The position numbers and the translations under genes are program-made. The notes beneath the pieces are model-generated. The model saw nothing but the letters and a program-made list of their open reading frames with translations. It did no database searches and had not been told where the DNA came from. Positions 1 through 10,415 of a stretch of 64,000 nt of DNA are shown in pieces. The stretch comes from Candidatus Limnocylindrales bacterium (GTDB lineage: Bacteria; Moduliflexota; Moduliflexia; Moduliflexales; JAUQPW01). Numbering within the stretch: the first letter of the stretch is position 1; each line of letters starts with the position of its first letter. The stretch lies in contig DATMBG010000036.1 of assembly GCA_035559535.1 (NCBI GenBank), forward strand, positions 62,001 to 126,000, in the 5' to 3' direction.

Positions 1-1020
1 ATTGCCCAAGTAGCTCCCTTAGTGGAGAGGGTTCCGCCGGAAATGTACGGGGGAACCGAGAGGGTCGTTTTTCACCTCACCGAGGAGTTGGTGAAAAGGG
101 GACACGAGGTAACCCTGTTTGCAAGTGGAGATTCTCTCACCTCGGCTCAACTGGTTCCAGTCCATCCAAAAGCATTACGGCTGGACCCAACTGTGAAAGA
201 TTATCTCCCCTATCATATGCTGGAATTGGGAATGGTCTATGACCGGGCCAGGGAATTTGACCTGATCCACGCTCATCTGGATTTTATTACCTTTCCCTTT
301 ACCCGGTTAGTTTCCACACCCACCGTTCACACGCTTCATGGCCGCCTGGATATTCCAGATATCCATAAAATCTATCACTATTATCGGGATGGCAATTTCA
401 TTTCGATCAGCAATGCCCAAAGGAAATTTCTTCCCGACCTAAACTGGTTAGGAACCGTTTACCATGGATACCCCTTGGAGAAATTTCCGTTCAATCCGGA
501 ACCCGAGGATTATCTGGTTTTTGTAGGGAGGATCTCACCCGAAAAAGGTCCCGTAGAAGCCATCCAGATTGCTAAAAAGGTCCGTATGAAGCTGGTGATA
601 ATCGCCAAGGTGGACCCCACGGATCGGACTTACTATGAAGAAATGGTCAAGCCCCTCATCGAGCCCCCCTTTATCGAATACGTGGGGGAAAAGGGTGAAG
701 AAGAGAGAAATGAAATTGTCAAAAGGGCCAGGGCGTTTATTTTTCCCCTAGACTGGCCAGAACCTTTCGGATTGGCTATTATCGAGTCGCTGGCGTGTGG
801 AACTCCCGTAATCACTCGGAACCGCGGCTCCATTCCAGAGATCATGATCCATGGAAAGACCGGTTTTATCTGTGAAACCTGGGAAGAAATGGCCGATGCC
901 GTTCAAGATATCAAATATATCGATAGACAGGCCTGCCGTCATCACGTTGAAGAGAATTTCTCTGTTTCTCGAATGGTCAATGGATACGAAAGAATCTATG
1001 AACAACTGGTAAACCGCTAG
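1..1020 (+). CDS. Glycosyltransferase family 4 (GT-B), 5' end outside window
   Basis: Frame open from base 1 (IAQVAPLVERVPPEMYGGTERVV), GRISPEKG motif and EX7E motif EPFGLAIIE. Confidence 0.9.
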   Translation: MAQVAPLVERVPPEMYGGTERVVFHLTEELVKRGHEVTLFASGDSLTSAQLVPVHPKALRLDPTVKDYLPYHMLELGMVYDRAREFDLIHAHLDFITFPFTRLVSTPTVHTLHGRLDIPDIHKIYHYYRDGNFISISNAQRKFLPDLNWLGTVYHGYPLEKFPFNPEPEDYLVFVGRISPEKGPVEAIQIAKKVRMKLVIIAKVDPTDRTYYEEMVKPLIEPPFIEYVGEKGEEERNEIVKRARAFIFPLDWPEPFGLAIIESLACGTPVITRNRGSIPEIMIHGKTGFICETWEEMADAVQDIKYIDRQACRHHVEENFSVSRMVNGYERIYEQLVNR

Positions 1021-1082
1021 GTGGAGAACGGAGATCGGTTGATTTCTACCCTCCAGACCCTCCTGGGAATTTGCCACGGAAA

Positions 1083-1106
1083 GTAAGGGCACAAAGGTGC
1101 CCTTAC
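1083..1106. repeat. REP-like palindrome or hairpin between convergent genes
   Basis: GTAAGGGCAC-aaag-GTGCCCTTAC, perfect 10-bp stem. Confidence 0.6.
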
Positions 1107-1248
1107 GGAGCCTCCTTAAAAGTCTTGGAGAACCCCATTCTAAAGAAAAGATCTATTCCGATAAATCCCCCAAAGGGATCTTCTTGAGTTCCTCTTCAAC
1201 TTTTATTCTCCACCCGTTCTGCTTCAAGCAGGAAAAACATTCCAAAGG

Positions 1249-2951
1249 CTACCCCCCGGCGTGGAGACCTAGACCCCCTTCCTTTTCGGATAACTCGGAT
1301 TTAAGCCTGATCCCTGCCTCACCCCCCGGAAGAGCCAGTACAAGCGTAAATTCTTTGAGAGCAATGGAAATGGTCTGGGGGACCTCAAAAGTACCTAATA
1401 TTTGATCATTGACATACGGAGAAACAATGCCGGGTTCAGCATCTGGAAGTACCAAAAAAGTAACCCGGATCTTATAAAGACCTCCCTCTTTAACGTTTAC
1501 TTCCAGAAAGGTCGTTTTCTGAGGCCAGACAAAGGCCCTTTCAGTGAACATTTCACTGTAATAATCCCCATCGTTTTCTTTTATTTTCAGGTAAGCCCTG
1601 GATTTAAGAGAAGGAAACCTATGAACATAATATTGATAAAAGAGCCTGTAAGCATCTTTAAGGTTGTAGGCTTTTCCGTCCTGGAGAGATTGCTTAAGAT
1701 GAGAGGACTGGTCATAAACTTTATAGAACCAGGGGGTAGAAAGCATTACATTTCGATAACTTACCCAATGGAATATGTTACTCAGGATTATAACAAAGAG
1801 GAAAAAATTCAAAAACGCCACCTGCCTGCTATTCAAAGCAGGCATGAATCTGTTTAAGAGTAGCAAAAGGCTGAAAACTAAAACAGCCTGAAACGGTAAA
1901 GGATAGTACCAGAGTCTGGGATCGGGCCAGAAATAGACCGGGGCATACCTCATGATCATGAGAGCAAACAGGATAATGTGAGAACCTACCCCAAAACAAC
2001 CCAGAAGCAAGCTTAAATAATCAATCCGCCTTCCAAAAGTAGATACAATGGGTTGATAGCCTATATGGGTCCTTTTAAAGGGAAGAAAAGAGCCAAAAAT
2101 AGGCCAGAACTTCCAGATGAGGATCAAAACTCTGAGGAGCCCATAAATCCACAAAAGAAAGCTACCCGTCAGGATATGGACACTTTGTATAAGTATCTCT
2201 GAAGCGGCCAGGTAAAAGTTAAGATTCGTCAGGAAAATGGGTTCTATTTTTTAATAGGAAAAGTCCGGGCGGTATCCATTGATAGACTGAATGATCCAGG
2301 GTCCCAAATAAAGGTTGTAAGCGATCATTGCACAGACAGAACAAAAAGTAGCTGAGAGAAGTAGAAGTGCCCGATACAAGTCGGATTGGCTCCTTCGTAG
2401 AAGGTAATAGAGGGCTAAGCCAGCTAACACAAACAGGGTATAGAAAAAACCTTGCCTATCTAGCAGGCTCATCCAACAACCCAATAGAAAAACCTAGAGA
2501 AATGAGATAATTTCTTTGGATGGATTTCTCGGATGAGAAAGGTAAAGAAGAGAGGTGATATAAAACAGAGTGGTCAGCAGAACCGGAATCAAAAAGGGTT
2601 TCGCTGAGCGATAAAATACCCCCGCTGAGCGATAAAATACCCCCATCGTTAATATATAAGTATAAAGGTATATTTCCCAGATTTTTCTATAGCTATGAAC
2701 CCATTCCACTCAACACTGAATCGATTTTCCGGAAATTTCTCCCCACGATCTTTTAGAAGTTCACTGGAGATTTCTGAATCAAGGGTTACATACTGGGGAT
2801 TCCCAGACCAATAGGGATTTGCATAATACTTCCCTATCAATCCATGGGAAAGGGTTAGGGATTGGTCAAGTTTGTGTATTCCTAAGAAAATAACAGAAAG
2901 GCCTAACAGGGAAAGAATCCACCGGTTTCTCACATGGTGAATCGCCTTCAT
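1249..2951 (-). pseudogene. Decayed PA14-domain multi-pass membrane protein (paralogue of 5261..7447)
   Basis: N-terminal TM plus truncated PA14 (HGLIGKYYANPYWSGNP...FSVEWNGFIAIEKSGKYTF), then a frame change. ORF pieces 2494..2709, 2251..2484 and 1249..2154 share one frame, split only by TAG (2494-2496) and TAA (2251-2253). 21-bp tandem duplication at 2602-2643. Confidence 0.75.
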
Positions 2952-3019
2952 TTTTAACTATTAACCCATTTTAACTATTAATCCATGGGATCTAAAGAAG
3001 CTTTCTTTTTACTACTGTC

Positions 3020-3280
3020 TGCGTAGTTTAGGATCCAGGAGATCCCGAAGGGCATCTCCCAATAAGTTAAAGCCAAAAACGGCCAGGCTGATAGCCAGTC
3101 CGGGAAAGATAACCAGCCAGGGAGCCTTCTGGGCATATTCAACCGCGGAAACGGAGAGCATGCGTCCCCAGGAGGGATAGGGTTCCGGCACTCCCATTCC
3201 CAGGAAACTCAAGGAGGCTTCCACTAAGATGGCACTTCCCAGTTGGGCCGTGGTCAGTACGATAAAAGGTCCCAGGGTAT
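3020..3280 (-). repeat. Direct-repeat copy 1: duplicated 3' end of the dppC-like permease (gene fragment, stop at 3012-3014)
   Basis: 261 bp matching 8245..8505 with a single mismatch seen (AVEY vs AAEY). Confidence 0.95.
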
Positions 3281-4086
3281 AAGGAGCAGCTCTTGCCGGT
3301 TGTCTGCCACGTCGTGGCACTTCTATCCCCACCCAAGCTGCCAGAGGTTTGGCTTTCACACTGGCTCAAAGATATTTCTCAGAATGGTCTACCCGGCGAT
3401 CCCACGCGGCCCGAACCAACAAATCCGTATTATCTGGGCGCTCCACCAAGAACAAGTCGTACCCATCTACTTCTCGATCCCCTACGCTGACGAAATCTCC
3501 CTCGAGATGCTCTTGGCTGATCTCGATGACGGCACAAAGACTCCTCAACCCTTTGTGGCTTTCCTTTTCCTCTATAGGTCGAGTTTTACGAGTCCTTTTC
3601 TTACCCTTCTCATTGGGATCCCGGGCCCGAACCTCTTGGGCCAGAATCCCCAAGGCTACCCGCTCCGGTGTCATGGCCAGCGTCGTATGGGCCATGAGCC
3701 TTGGGGATGACTCCCAGACAAAGACCCCAGACCCACCGTGGCCGGATGAGGAGTCCCGTTAAACCCTGTAGTATCCTGTACAGCCAACCCCACGGGCACT
3801 GTCTTTATTCGACGGCTTGTAGCCACTATGTGGTGAATCCTCGATGTTGTTGGGGTCGATGGCCTCATGGTCGAAAAGTCGATAGGTTGCTTTCCTCATG
3901 GCTTTACTGCCCACAGGCTTCAGGAAACGAAGTTCCAGACTTGTCAGCAACAACGGTAGCAATCTCTATCAACCGCTTGGTACGTTGGGCATCCTGAAGA
4001 TCCGCATCGGCAAATTCAGTGACGGCCCAACCTTCTTCCTCTTCTATTTGGTTATCTTGGATAGCTCTCTCTTCGATGACTTTCAT
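3281..4086 (-). mobile_element. IS4-family (IS50/Tn5-like) transposase remnant, frameshifted and 3'-truncated
   Basis: Fragments in several frames: WAVTEFADADLQDAQRTKRL, KATYRLFDHEAIDP, LAVQDTT, RPIEEKES, VSVGDREVDGYDLF, LLVRAAWDR, EVPRRGRQPARAA. Confidence 0.85.
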
Positions 4087-4354
4087 AGATTTGTTGTTTA
4101 TGAGTTTAAAAATTATGACGGGTTAAGGTTTAGTGATGGGTTAGATCTTTTTCATTTGAGAAAATTATCTTTAATTTTAGCTATTATTAGCTATTATAGG
4201 ATTATCAACTATTATTGGATATCAAATTTTAGATGAAAAGCGTGCTTTTGCCCATGCCTGCAACTTTGGAAGCCCATATCAAACCAAAATCACTCATGGA
4301 AATAGTTTATACTCACCATTTTTATTAAAAATAAACAGTACATATTATTTATTT

Positions 4355-5113
4355 GTGGGTGGTTTTCATAGTGACCTACAAGCAACTCCATTATATGGAG
4401 ATGCAATTTACATAGCCCAGTGTACTAATCCTTATTGTACTAGTTTAATCAATAGGCAGATGATTTTTGGTCCACAAACAACTAATCCTAGTCTTATTTT
4501 GAATGATCCAACAATTGTCCAACGTCCCTCAGATGGACAATATATTATGTACATGACTGGTTACAGAGCTCAGCAGACTACATGTTCTTCAAATTATGGC
4601 GATGCCATATATTATTCAATATCACCGAATGGCGTCAATAATTGGTCCCCACCAGCGCAATTAATTCCTCATGCATGGTTGCCATCAGCAACTAGAGTAG
4701 GTAATACTATATATCTTTATGGGATGATCAACCAGGGTGCATCCACAAACAGAGGTTACGTTCAAAGGGTTGATTTAGGATCAAATGGTACTACAATAGG
4801 TACTGTAAATACAATATGGACCGCCCCAGCTCTTTATTCAACTTTTAAGGTAAAGTATGATTCATCAGCAGGTTATTACCACATGTTTGCTAACAATTTC
4901 GGGTCTAATATTGATTATCTGTTCAGCTATGATGGCATCGTATGGAGTTGGCCAGTGGTTACTGTAGCTGTTTTAGATCCGGATAATTATGTAATTGGAG
5001 GTGGATTTCCGCATCCAGATGATCTTCACCGGATATATTTTGGTCATACCGAAAACGGTTGCTATGATGGGGTAGTCCACCATTTCCAGAATGTTTTTAC
5101 CACGACATGGTAG
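4355..5113 (+). CDS. AT-rich orphan, probable beta-propeller glycoside-hydrolase-like protein; start uncertain
   Basis: NDPTIV...YIMYMTG first-blade-like motif and S-x-[DN]-G-x2/3-W turns (SPNGVNNW, SYDGIVW). Confidence 0.5.
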   Translation: MGGFHSDLQATPLYGDAIYIAQCTNPYCTSLINRQMIFGPQTTNPSLILNDPTIVQRPSDGQYIMYMTGYRAQQTTCSSNYGDAIYYSISPNGVNNWSPPAQLIPHAWLPSATRVGNTIYLYGMINQGASTNRGYVQRVDLGSNGTTIGTVNTIWTAPALYSTFKVKYDSSAGYYHMFANNFGSNIDYLFSYDGIVWSWPVVTVAVLDPDNYVIGGGFPHPDDLHRIYFGHTENGCYDGVVHHFQNVFTTTW

Positions 5114-5260
5114 TAAATGTTTACCCTGAGTGCTTCAAAACTGGTTAGCATATATATCTCTTCTTTAGGTACAGTTTGAATTTTTGATAATAACACATCT
5201 CATTGTTAATAAAGTGAGATTTATTCATTATAATTCTCTGACTGTTTATTTCCATATAAA

Positions 5261-7447
5261 ATGTGGATTAAAAGATTAAAAATTATTTTCCTTCTTTTGC
5301 TCTTTGTTGCAACCGTTCTAGGTTATATCTTAACCAAGAGGTTTAACCCTCCCCACGGTTTAAAAGGCTATTATTATCCTAATCCTTCCTGGCAAGGCCA
5401 ACCTGCGTTCGTCAAACTGGACTTAGAAATTTCTCCTTCCCTTTTAACAAAACGAAAAAAGGAATTAGCCGCTCATACTAATCAGTTTAGTATAGAGTGG
5501 CAGGGATATCTGGTCATAGAGAAATCTGGAAGGTACACCTTTGCAACTACTTCGGATGATGGCTCTTCAGTTTATATAAATGATCAACTGGTGGTAGATA
5601 ATGGAGGAATCCATAAATTAGAAGAGGCGAAAGGTCAAATTTACTTAAAGGCAGGCATTTATCCTATTAAGGTTCGATATTTTCAAGCTGGAGGGTCTTA
5701 TGGAATGGACCTTTCCTGGGCACCATGGAATCAAAACCTGAAGAGACTCCCTTCCTACCTCTTACTCTCTCAATTTACTCATTATCGTGATTATAAAGCT
5801 GGTCAGAAGTTAAAGTATTTCCTGTTATTCCTGAAATTGACCTGGTTAGGGATTTTCGTTTATTTTATCGGCTTTCTGATGTATAAACGGATCTTCCCTT
5901 ATAAAGTATATCTACAACTTTTTCCTGAAATTGGGAAGAGTCGAGAGGATGTTCATAGCGAACGGAATGGCGTAGGCAATTCCTCATTTTTATCCTATCT
6001 TCCCTCTCTTATATTACCCGGCTTAGTATTTTTTAGGTATTCTTATGTTTTGAACGGCTGTTTTGGAATGGATGACTATATTTATCTCTTTGATTTACAC
6101 TGGATGAATCTCATCGAGTATCTCTCTGCCTCCCTGGGAGGGCATTTTTACCCTCTTTTCAAGTTAGAAGTCCTGGGACTTTATAAACTGTTTGGGTACA
6201 ATAGTCGTTCTTTCTTTGAAACGCTTTTAGTCATTCATTCCATAAATTCAATTCTTCTCTATTGGATTTTGAGAAAAATGAACATTCATGAGCTCCTTGC
6301 CATTTCTTTCTCAGGATTATGGGCTACAAGTGCTGTATTTTTCAGAGGATTAGAGTGGTTCGCAGCTTTTGGAGGTATTACCTTTTCAGTTTTATTCTTT
6401 CTTCTGGCTCTGCTTGCCGCGATGAAAGCTTTTGACTCTGATACGGTCTCCTTAAAATATTATGTTTTGGGACTTGGACTGGCTCTTTCGCCGATTTTTT
6501 TTATTTCAAATTATATATCTGCAATTTTAGTATTTCCTCTGGTCTGGAGTTTGAGACCTGACTATGAGAAAATTTCATGGGCTTTATTTCCTCTGATCCC
6601 TACTTCTACCATAGCCCTGACAGAAACCTACCTAAATCATCTTTCCGGCTTGATGGATGGTAAATTAATTCTTACCTATTTTCCGCAAGTATTCCTCTAT
6701 TTAGTTTCGAACGGATGGGCCGGCTTATTGGGATTTCCTGAGCATAGCATTTTAGCCGGTATTGTAATTATTTGTGCATTTCTTATCGGTATTTGGATTC
6801 TTCCTTCTAGCCGAATCATCCAATTTAGAATGATCGTTTTATTTGTGGCCATGACCTGTTTTTATTTCCTAATCCATGTGGGAAGAACCACCATGCAGAT
6901 GAATTTTTCCGGTTTTAATATAGAAGCAACATCAAAAGCTTTGTCAGCTTATGATAGATACCATTATTTTCCGTCCTTACTCATAGCTATATCTCTGGCT
7001 TTATTCATAGAACAATTGCGTTTAGTTTTGATTAATAAGAAAGTATCAAAAAGAATCATAACAGGTGGGGTTATCGTCTTATTTACGTCTAGTTTTTTAG
7101 CCAATACGGGTATCGTAAAAACCAGTATTATGACTACGCTCTGTACGATGGTTCATGGAATTAATGAGGATTTTATTTTCCTTGTGCGCTCAAAAGGTAT
7201 AGATAAAGTTCTTTATTTCTATAACCGTAGCGAACCCATAAATGCCTTTGTGGGTAAAAATGAATATCCAGGGCTTGCGGCAAAATTTTGGGTCATGAGG
7301 CACAAAGTTGGGACCGATTATGATATTCGATTCGTCAAATCTGATGCTGACATTGTTACTTACTGGCAAGAAGTTTACCCAGAGTTTGGAAAGTTATTAG
7401 TTACAAAACCTCCAGAAAATGTTGAAGTCATATCCCTTCTCTTCTGA
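5261..7447 (+). CDS. PA14-domain multi-pass membrane protein (possible GT-C-like C-terminal part)
   Basis: N-terminal TM; PA14 hallmarks GLKGYYY, FSIEWQGYL, YTFATTSDDGS, VVDNGGIH, YPIKVRYFQ; then many TM segments after a GMDDY loop. Confidence 0.8.
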   Translation: MWIKRLKIIFLLLLFVATVLGYILTKRFNPPHGLKGYYYPNPSWQGQPAFVKLDLEISPSLLTKRKKELAAHTNQFSIEWQGYLVIEKSGRYTFATTSDDGSSVYINDQLVVDNGGIHKLEEAKGQIYLKAGIYPIKVRYFQAGGSYGMDLSWAPWNQNLKRLPSYLLLSQFTHYRDYKAGQKLKYFLLFLKLTWLGIFVYFIGFLMYKRIFPYKVYLQLFPEIGKSREDVHSERNGVGNSSFLSYLPSLILPGLVFFRYSYVLNGCFGMDDYIYLFDLHWMNLIEYLSASLGGHFYPLFKLEVLGLYKLFGYNSRSFFETLLVIHSINSILLYWILRKMNIHELLAISFSGLWATSAVFFRGLEWFAAFGGITFSVLFFLLALLAAMKAFDSDTVSLKYYVLGLGLALSPIFFISNYISAILVFPLVWSLRPDYEKISWALFPLIPTSTIALTETYLNHLSGLMDGKLILTYFPQVFLYLVSNGWAGLLGFPEHSILAGIVIICAFLIGIWILPSSRIIQFRMIVLFVAMTCFYFLIHVGRTTMQMNFSGFNIEATSKALSAYDRYHYFPSLLIAISLALFIEQLRLVLINKKVSKRIITGGVIVLFTSSFLANTGIVKTSIMTTLCTMVHGINEDFIFLVRSKGIDKVLYFYNRSEPINAFVGKNEYPGLAAKFWVMRHKVGTDYDIRFVKSDADIVTYWQEVYPEFGKLLVTKPPENVEVISLLF

Positions 7448-7514
7448 GAATCTGAAATCAATTAAAACCCTGAGTTTCAAAGATTCCTTTTTTTTATTTT
7501 ACCCGATGAAAAAA

Positions 7515-8047
7515 TCAAGGTTTCTTGGCAGTATCAGAACTTTTATGAATCTCTTGAACACCCTTTAACCCGGTAGATACTCGTTTTATCAGTTGTAAAT
7601 TCTTTATATAGAAAGACTGACTGACGAGGGGAGCCGAAATTAGAATAACTCCAAAGTTAATCATCATTCGATAAAGAGGAAAAAGAGAGGATAGGACGCT
7701 CTCTTTGATAGGATGATGGTTTGCAGGGTAAAAATTCCAATAATAAAACCGAAGATTAAAGCGGAAGCAGTATGACCCAAAAAGGTAACACCTAACAGGA
7801 TCCCAACTGCGAGACACCATCAGTACTTTTCTGCATATAAGGCTCTCTTATAAACTGCAAGTGTAAAATAAAACCTTGATTGAACAAAATTTCCTGGGAA
7901 CAGTCATGGTAAATAGGTAACAGAAGCCCAGGAGGGAGCATGGTTACTGACTATAAAGAGAAACCCGAATGTGCCGGCTATTGCTGTCCATCTATTAAAT
8001 AGATAAGCGATCAGGATATAAAAACTGATCAAGACCTGGAGTTCCAG
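7515..8047 (-). pseudogene. Degraded multi-pass membrane protein fragment
   Basis: Hydrophobic frame LISFYILIAYLFNRWTAIAGTFGFLFIVSNHAPSWASVTYLP*LFPGNFVQ...AEKY*WCLAVGILLGVTFLGHTASALIFG with TGA at 7904-7906 and 7820-7822, then a frameshift. Confidence 0.55.
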
Positions 8048-8236
8048 CCCTTGAAGCCAGTTTGTTACAGATTCTCTTCACTTATTTTTTACTATACTTT
8101 TGCAGCTTTTAAATATTCCTCCACTCGCGTTACATTCCACAGCCTTTAAAACCCAGGGCAGTAATTATGAAACAAGGTACCGAGTAATTCTTCGTGGCCC
8201 TTGGTGAATAAATAAAATCCATAACAAAGAGCTTCC

Positions 8237-9100
8237 CTATTGCTTGCGTAGTTTAGGATCCAGGAGATCCCGAAGGGCATCTCCCAATAAGTTAAAGCCA
8301 AAAACGGCCAGGCTGATAGCCAGTCCGGGAAAGATAACCAGCCAGGGAGCCTTCTGGGCATATTCAGCCGCGGAAACGGAGAGCATGCGTCCCCAGGAGG
8401 GATAGGGTTCCGGCACTCCCATTCCCAGGAAACTCAAGGAGGCTTCCACTAAGATGGCACTTCCCAGTTGGGCCGTGGTCAGTACGATAAAAGGTCCCAG
8501 GGTATTGGGCAGGATATGGCGGAAAGCGATACGACCCTCTTTGCTTCCAAGGGCCCTTGCCGCCTCAACGTAAGCCATCTCCCGGATGGTCAGGGTACTG
8601 GCCCGGATGACCCGCGCAGCACGAGGGATAAGGGGAACCGAGATGGCCAGGATGACATTCCACACCGAAGGACCCAGAGCCGCAGACATCACCAAAGCCA
8701 GAACAAGAAGGGGAAGCCCCTGCATAATGTCAAGAAATCGTTGACTAATCAGATCTACTTTTCCTCCCAGATAGCCACTCAGGAGTCCTACGATACCTCC
8801 AATGACCGAACCCAACAAGGTAGAGCCCAATCCCACCAGTAAGGAAAGCTGGCTTCCATAAACAATCCGGCTGTAGACATCTCTTCCCAGATTATCCGTT
8901 CCTAGCCAAAAAGTTCGGTTGGGAGGGACCAGGGTTTGGGCCGGATGGGTTCGCGTTGGATCCTTGGTAGCCAGGAAATCGGCAAAGGCAGCCGTAAAAA
9001 CCAGAAGAAATACGATGATTCCTCCTGCAGCCCCTAAGGGTTTCCTTCGTAAAAATCGCCCGGCCCGGCGAAGTATTTGTAGCCACTTTCCTTCTTTCAT
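8237..9100 (-). CDS. dppC: Peptide/nickel ABC transporter permease (DppC/OppC family)
   Basis: LGTDNLGRDVYSRIVYG, EAA loop YVEAARALG, LGDALRDLLDPK. Confidence 0.9.
   Translation of the reverse strand: MKEGKWLQILRRAGRFLRRKPLGAAGGIIVFLLVFTAAFADFLATKDPTRTHPAQTLVPPNRTFWLGTDNLGRDVYSRIVYGSQLSLLVGLGSTLLGSVIGGIVGLLSGYLGGKVDLISQRFLDIMQGLPLLVLALVMSAALGPSVWNVILAISVPLIPRAARVIRASTLTIREMAYVEAARALGSKEGRIAFRHILPNTLGPFIVLTTAQLGSAILVEASLSFLGMGVPEPYPSWGRMLSVSAAEYAQKAPWLVIFPGLAISLAVFGFNLLGDALRDLLDPKLRKQ
8245..8505 (-). repeat. Direct-repeat copy 2 (within intact dppC 3' end)
   Basis: Matches 3020..3280 at an offset of 5225 bp. Confidence 0.95.
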
Positions 9101-9104
9101 GGTA

Positions 9105-10391
9105 TTAACTTTCTAAAATTCTTTTAATCTGTCCCTCGGCCCATGTAATGGCCTGATCATAGGAAGAACCGGTTACCACCTTGGCCACCATGTTGGGCAA
9201 AATGAAGAGATCGTTAATTCGCTGGATATAAGGGTTTGGAGGAGAAGGCCATCCCAGGGCATGACCAAATCGGGCCTCTCCGGGGAGAATCCTGAACCTG
9301 GGATTTTGGGTCCAGATGGGATGATTTTCATATCTGCGGGAAGGACCATGGTTAAAGCCACCCCCTGCTTCGATCCACGCATTATAGTTTTCCGGCTGCA
9401 TAAGATAAGCCAGAAAAGTTTGAGCCAGTTCTTGATTTTTTGAAAATTTCCAGATGCCGAGGCTGTAAATCCCAACGGCACTATGCCTTCCGGCAGGCCC
9501 GGCCGGAGTTGAATAAATGCCGATTTTATCGGCCACTTCCATTTTCTTTTCTACTGCAGTCAGATAAGCACTGATGGGATTCTGGGTCCATGAGCCTTTC
9601 CCTGAGAGGAGGAATCGATTATTACTGGCATCATCCCACGAAAGGACTTCCGGCTCCATCCCTTCTCGATATAGATTTTCGTAATACTCGAGGGTCCTCC
9701 TGGTTTCGGCAGAACTCAGGGCGATGGTTTTTCCATCCGACTCCAGGACTTTACCCCCAAACCCCCAAAGAATAGACCAGAAGGCGTTATAAGCATCATT
9801 ACACTGACTGATGGCAATTCCTACCGGATGTCCTTTCGGTTTCAGGATGCGCCCGGCAGTTAAAATATCTTCCCAGCTATCGGGGGCCGGAAGACCGGCC
9901 TCTGCAAAGAGATCTTCCCGATATAGGCTGGGTCGGGTTAGCCAACACCAGGGAACCGCTTTCCAGGATCCCTTCACGTAGAGACTCTCCTTGATGAAAG
10001 GATAAAACATTCCTTGATCTTCTTCCATGCGGGCAACCACGGCATCCACATCGGTTAAATGTTCATGGTAAAGCCAGGCCGACTCCCCAAGTAGCCAGAT
10101 GATATCATGCCCGGCCTGAGCATGGATCTCTGCCGCTAATTTACGTGGGATTTGCAAATGGGGCATGGTATCTACCCGGACGATGACGCCGTGTTCTTTA
10201 GCAAATGCGGCAGCCTGTTCTTTTAATTTTTCATCGGAAGCCGGAACAAAATGATTTAAGGTCAGTATACTCAGCTCGGGGGTTGCCGCATGAACCCGAG
10301 GAGGTCGGAAGATGGAAAAGCCGGACAGGCCAACGGCTGCATGGGTTATTTTTTTAATGAATTGACGGCGGGTTAGGGATGAAGGGTCCAT
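9105..10391 (-). CDS. Tat-exported ABC substrate-binding protein, carbohydrate-class (SBP_bac_1-like)
   Basis: Twin-arginine signal TRRQFIKK...VHA; SWDDASNNRFLLSGK and PAGPAGR motifs typical of sugar-type SBPs. Confidence 0.8.
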   Translation of the reverse strand: MDPSSLTRRQFIKKITHAAVGLSGFSIFRPPRVHAATPELSILTLNHFVPASDEKLKEQAAAFAKEHGVIVRVDTMPHLQIPRKLAAEIHAQAGHDIIWLLGESAWLYHEHLTDVDAVVARMEEDQGMFYPFIKESLYVKGSWKAVPWCWLTRPSLYREDLFAEAGLPAPDSWEDILTAGRILKPKGHPVGIAISQCNDAYNAFWSILWGFGGKVLESDGKTIALSSAETRRTLEYYENLYREGMEPEVLSWDDASNNRFLLSGKGSWTQNPISAYLTAVEKKMEVADKIGIYSTPAGPAGRHSAVGIYSLGIWKFSKNQELAQTFLAYLMQPENYNAWIEAGGGFNHGPSRRYENHPIWTQNPRFRILPGEARFGHALGWPSPPNPYIQRINDLFILPNMVAKVVTGSSYDQAITWAEGQIKRILES

Positions 10392-10415
10392 AATCTCTCT
10401 GTGACTTCCTTTAAA

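Noticed and set aside
3012-3359. 115-aa ORF resembling a permease
   Set aside because: Chimera of transposase remnant and duplicated dppC tail, not an independent gene
7820-7906. In-frame TGA codons where Trp would fit, suggesting recoding
   Set aside because: Intact genes use TGG for Trp and TGA as stop (e.g. 7445-7447, 29327-29329); the region also frameshifts, so pseudogene decay is simpler
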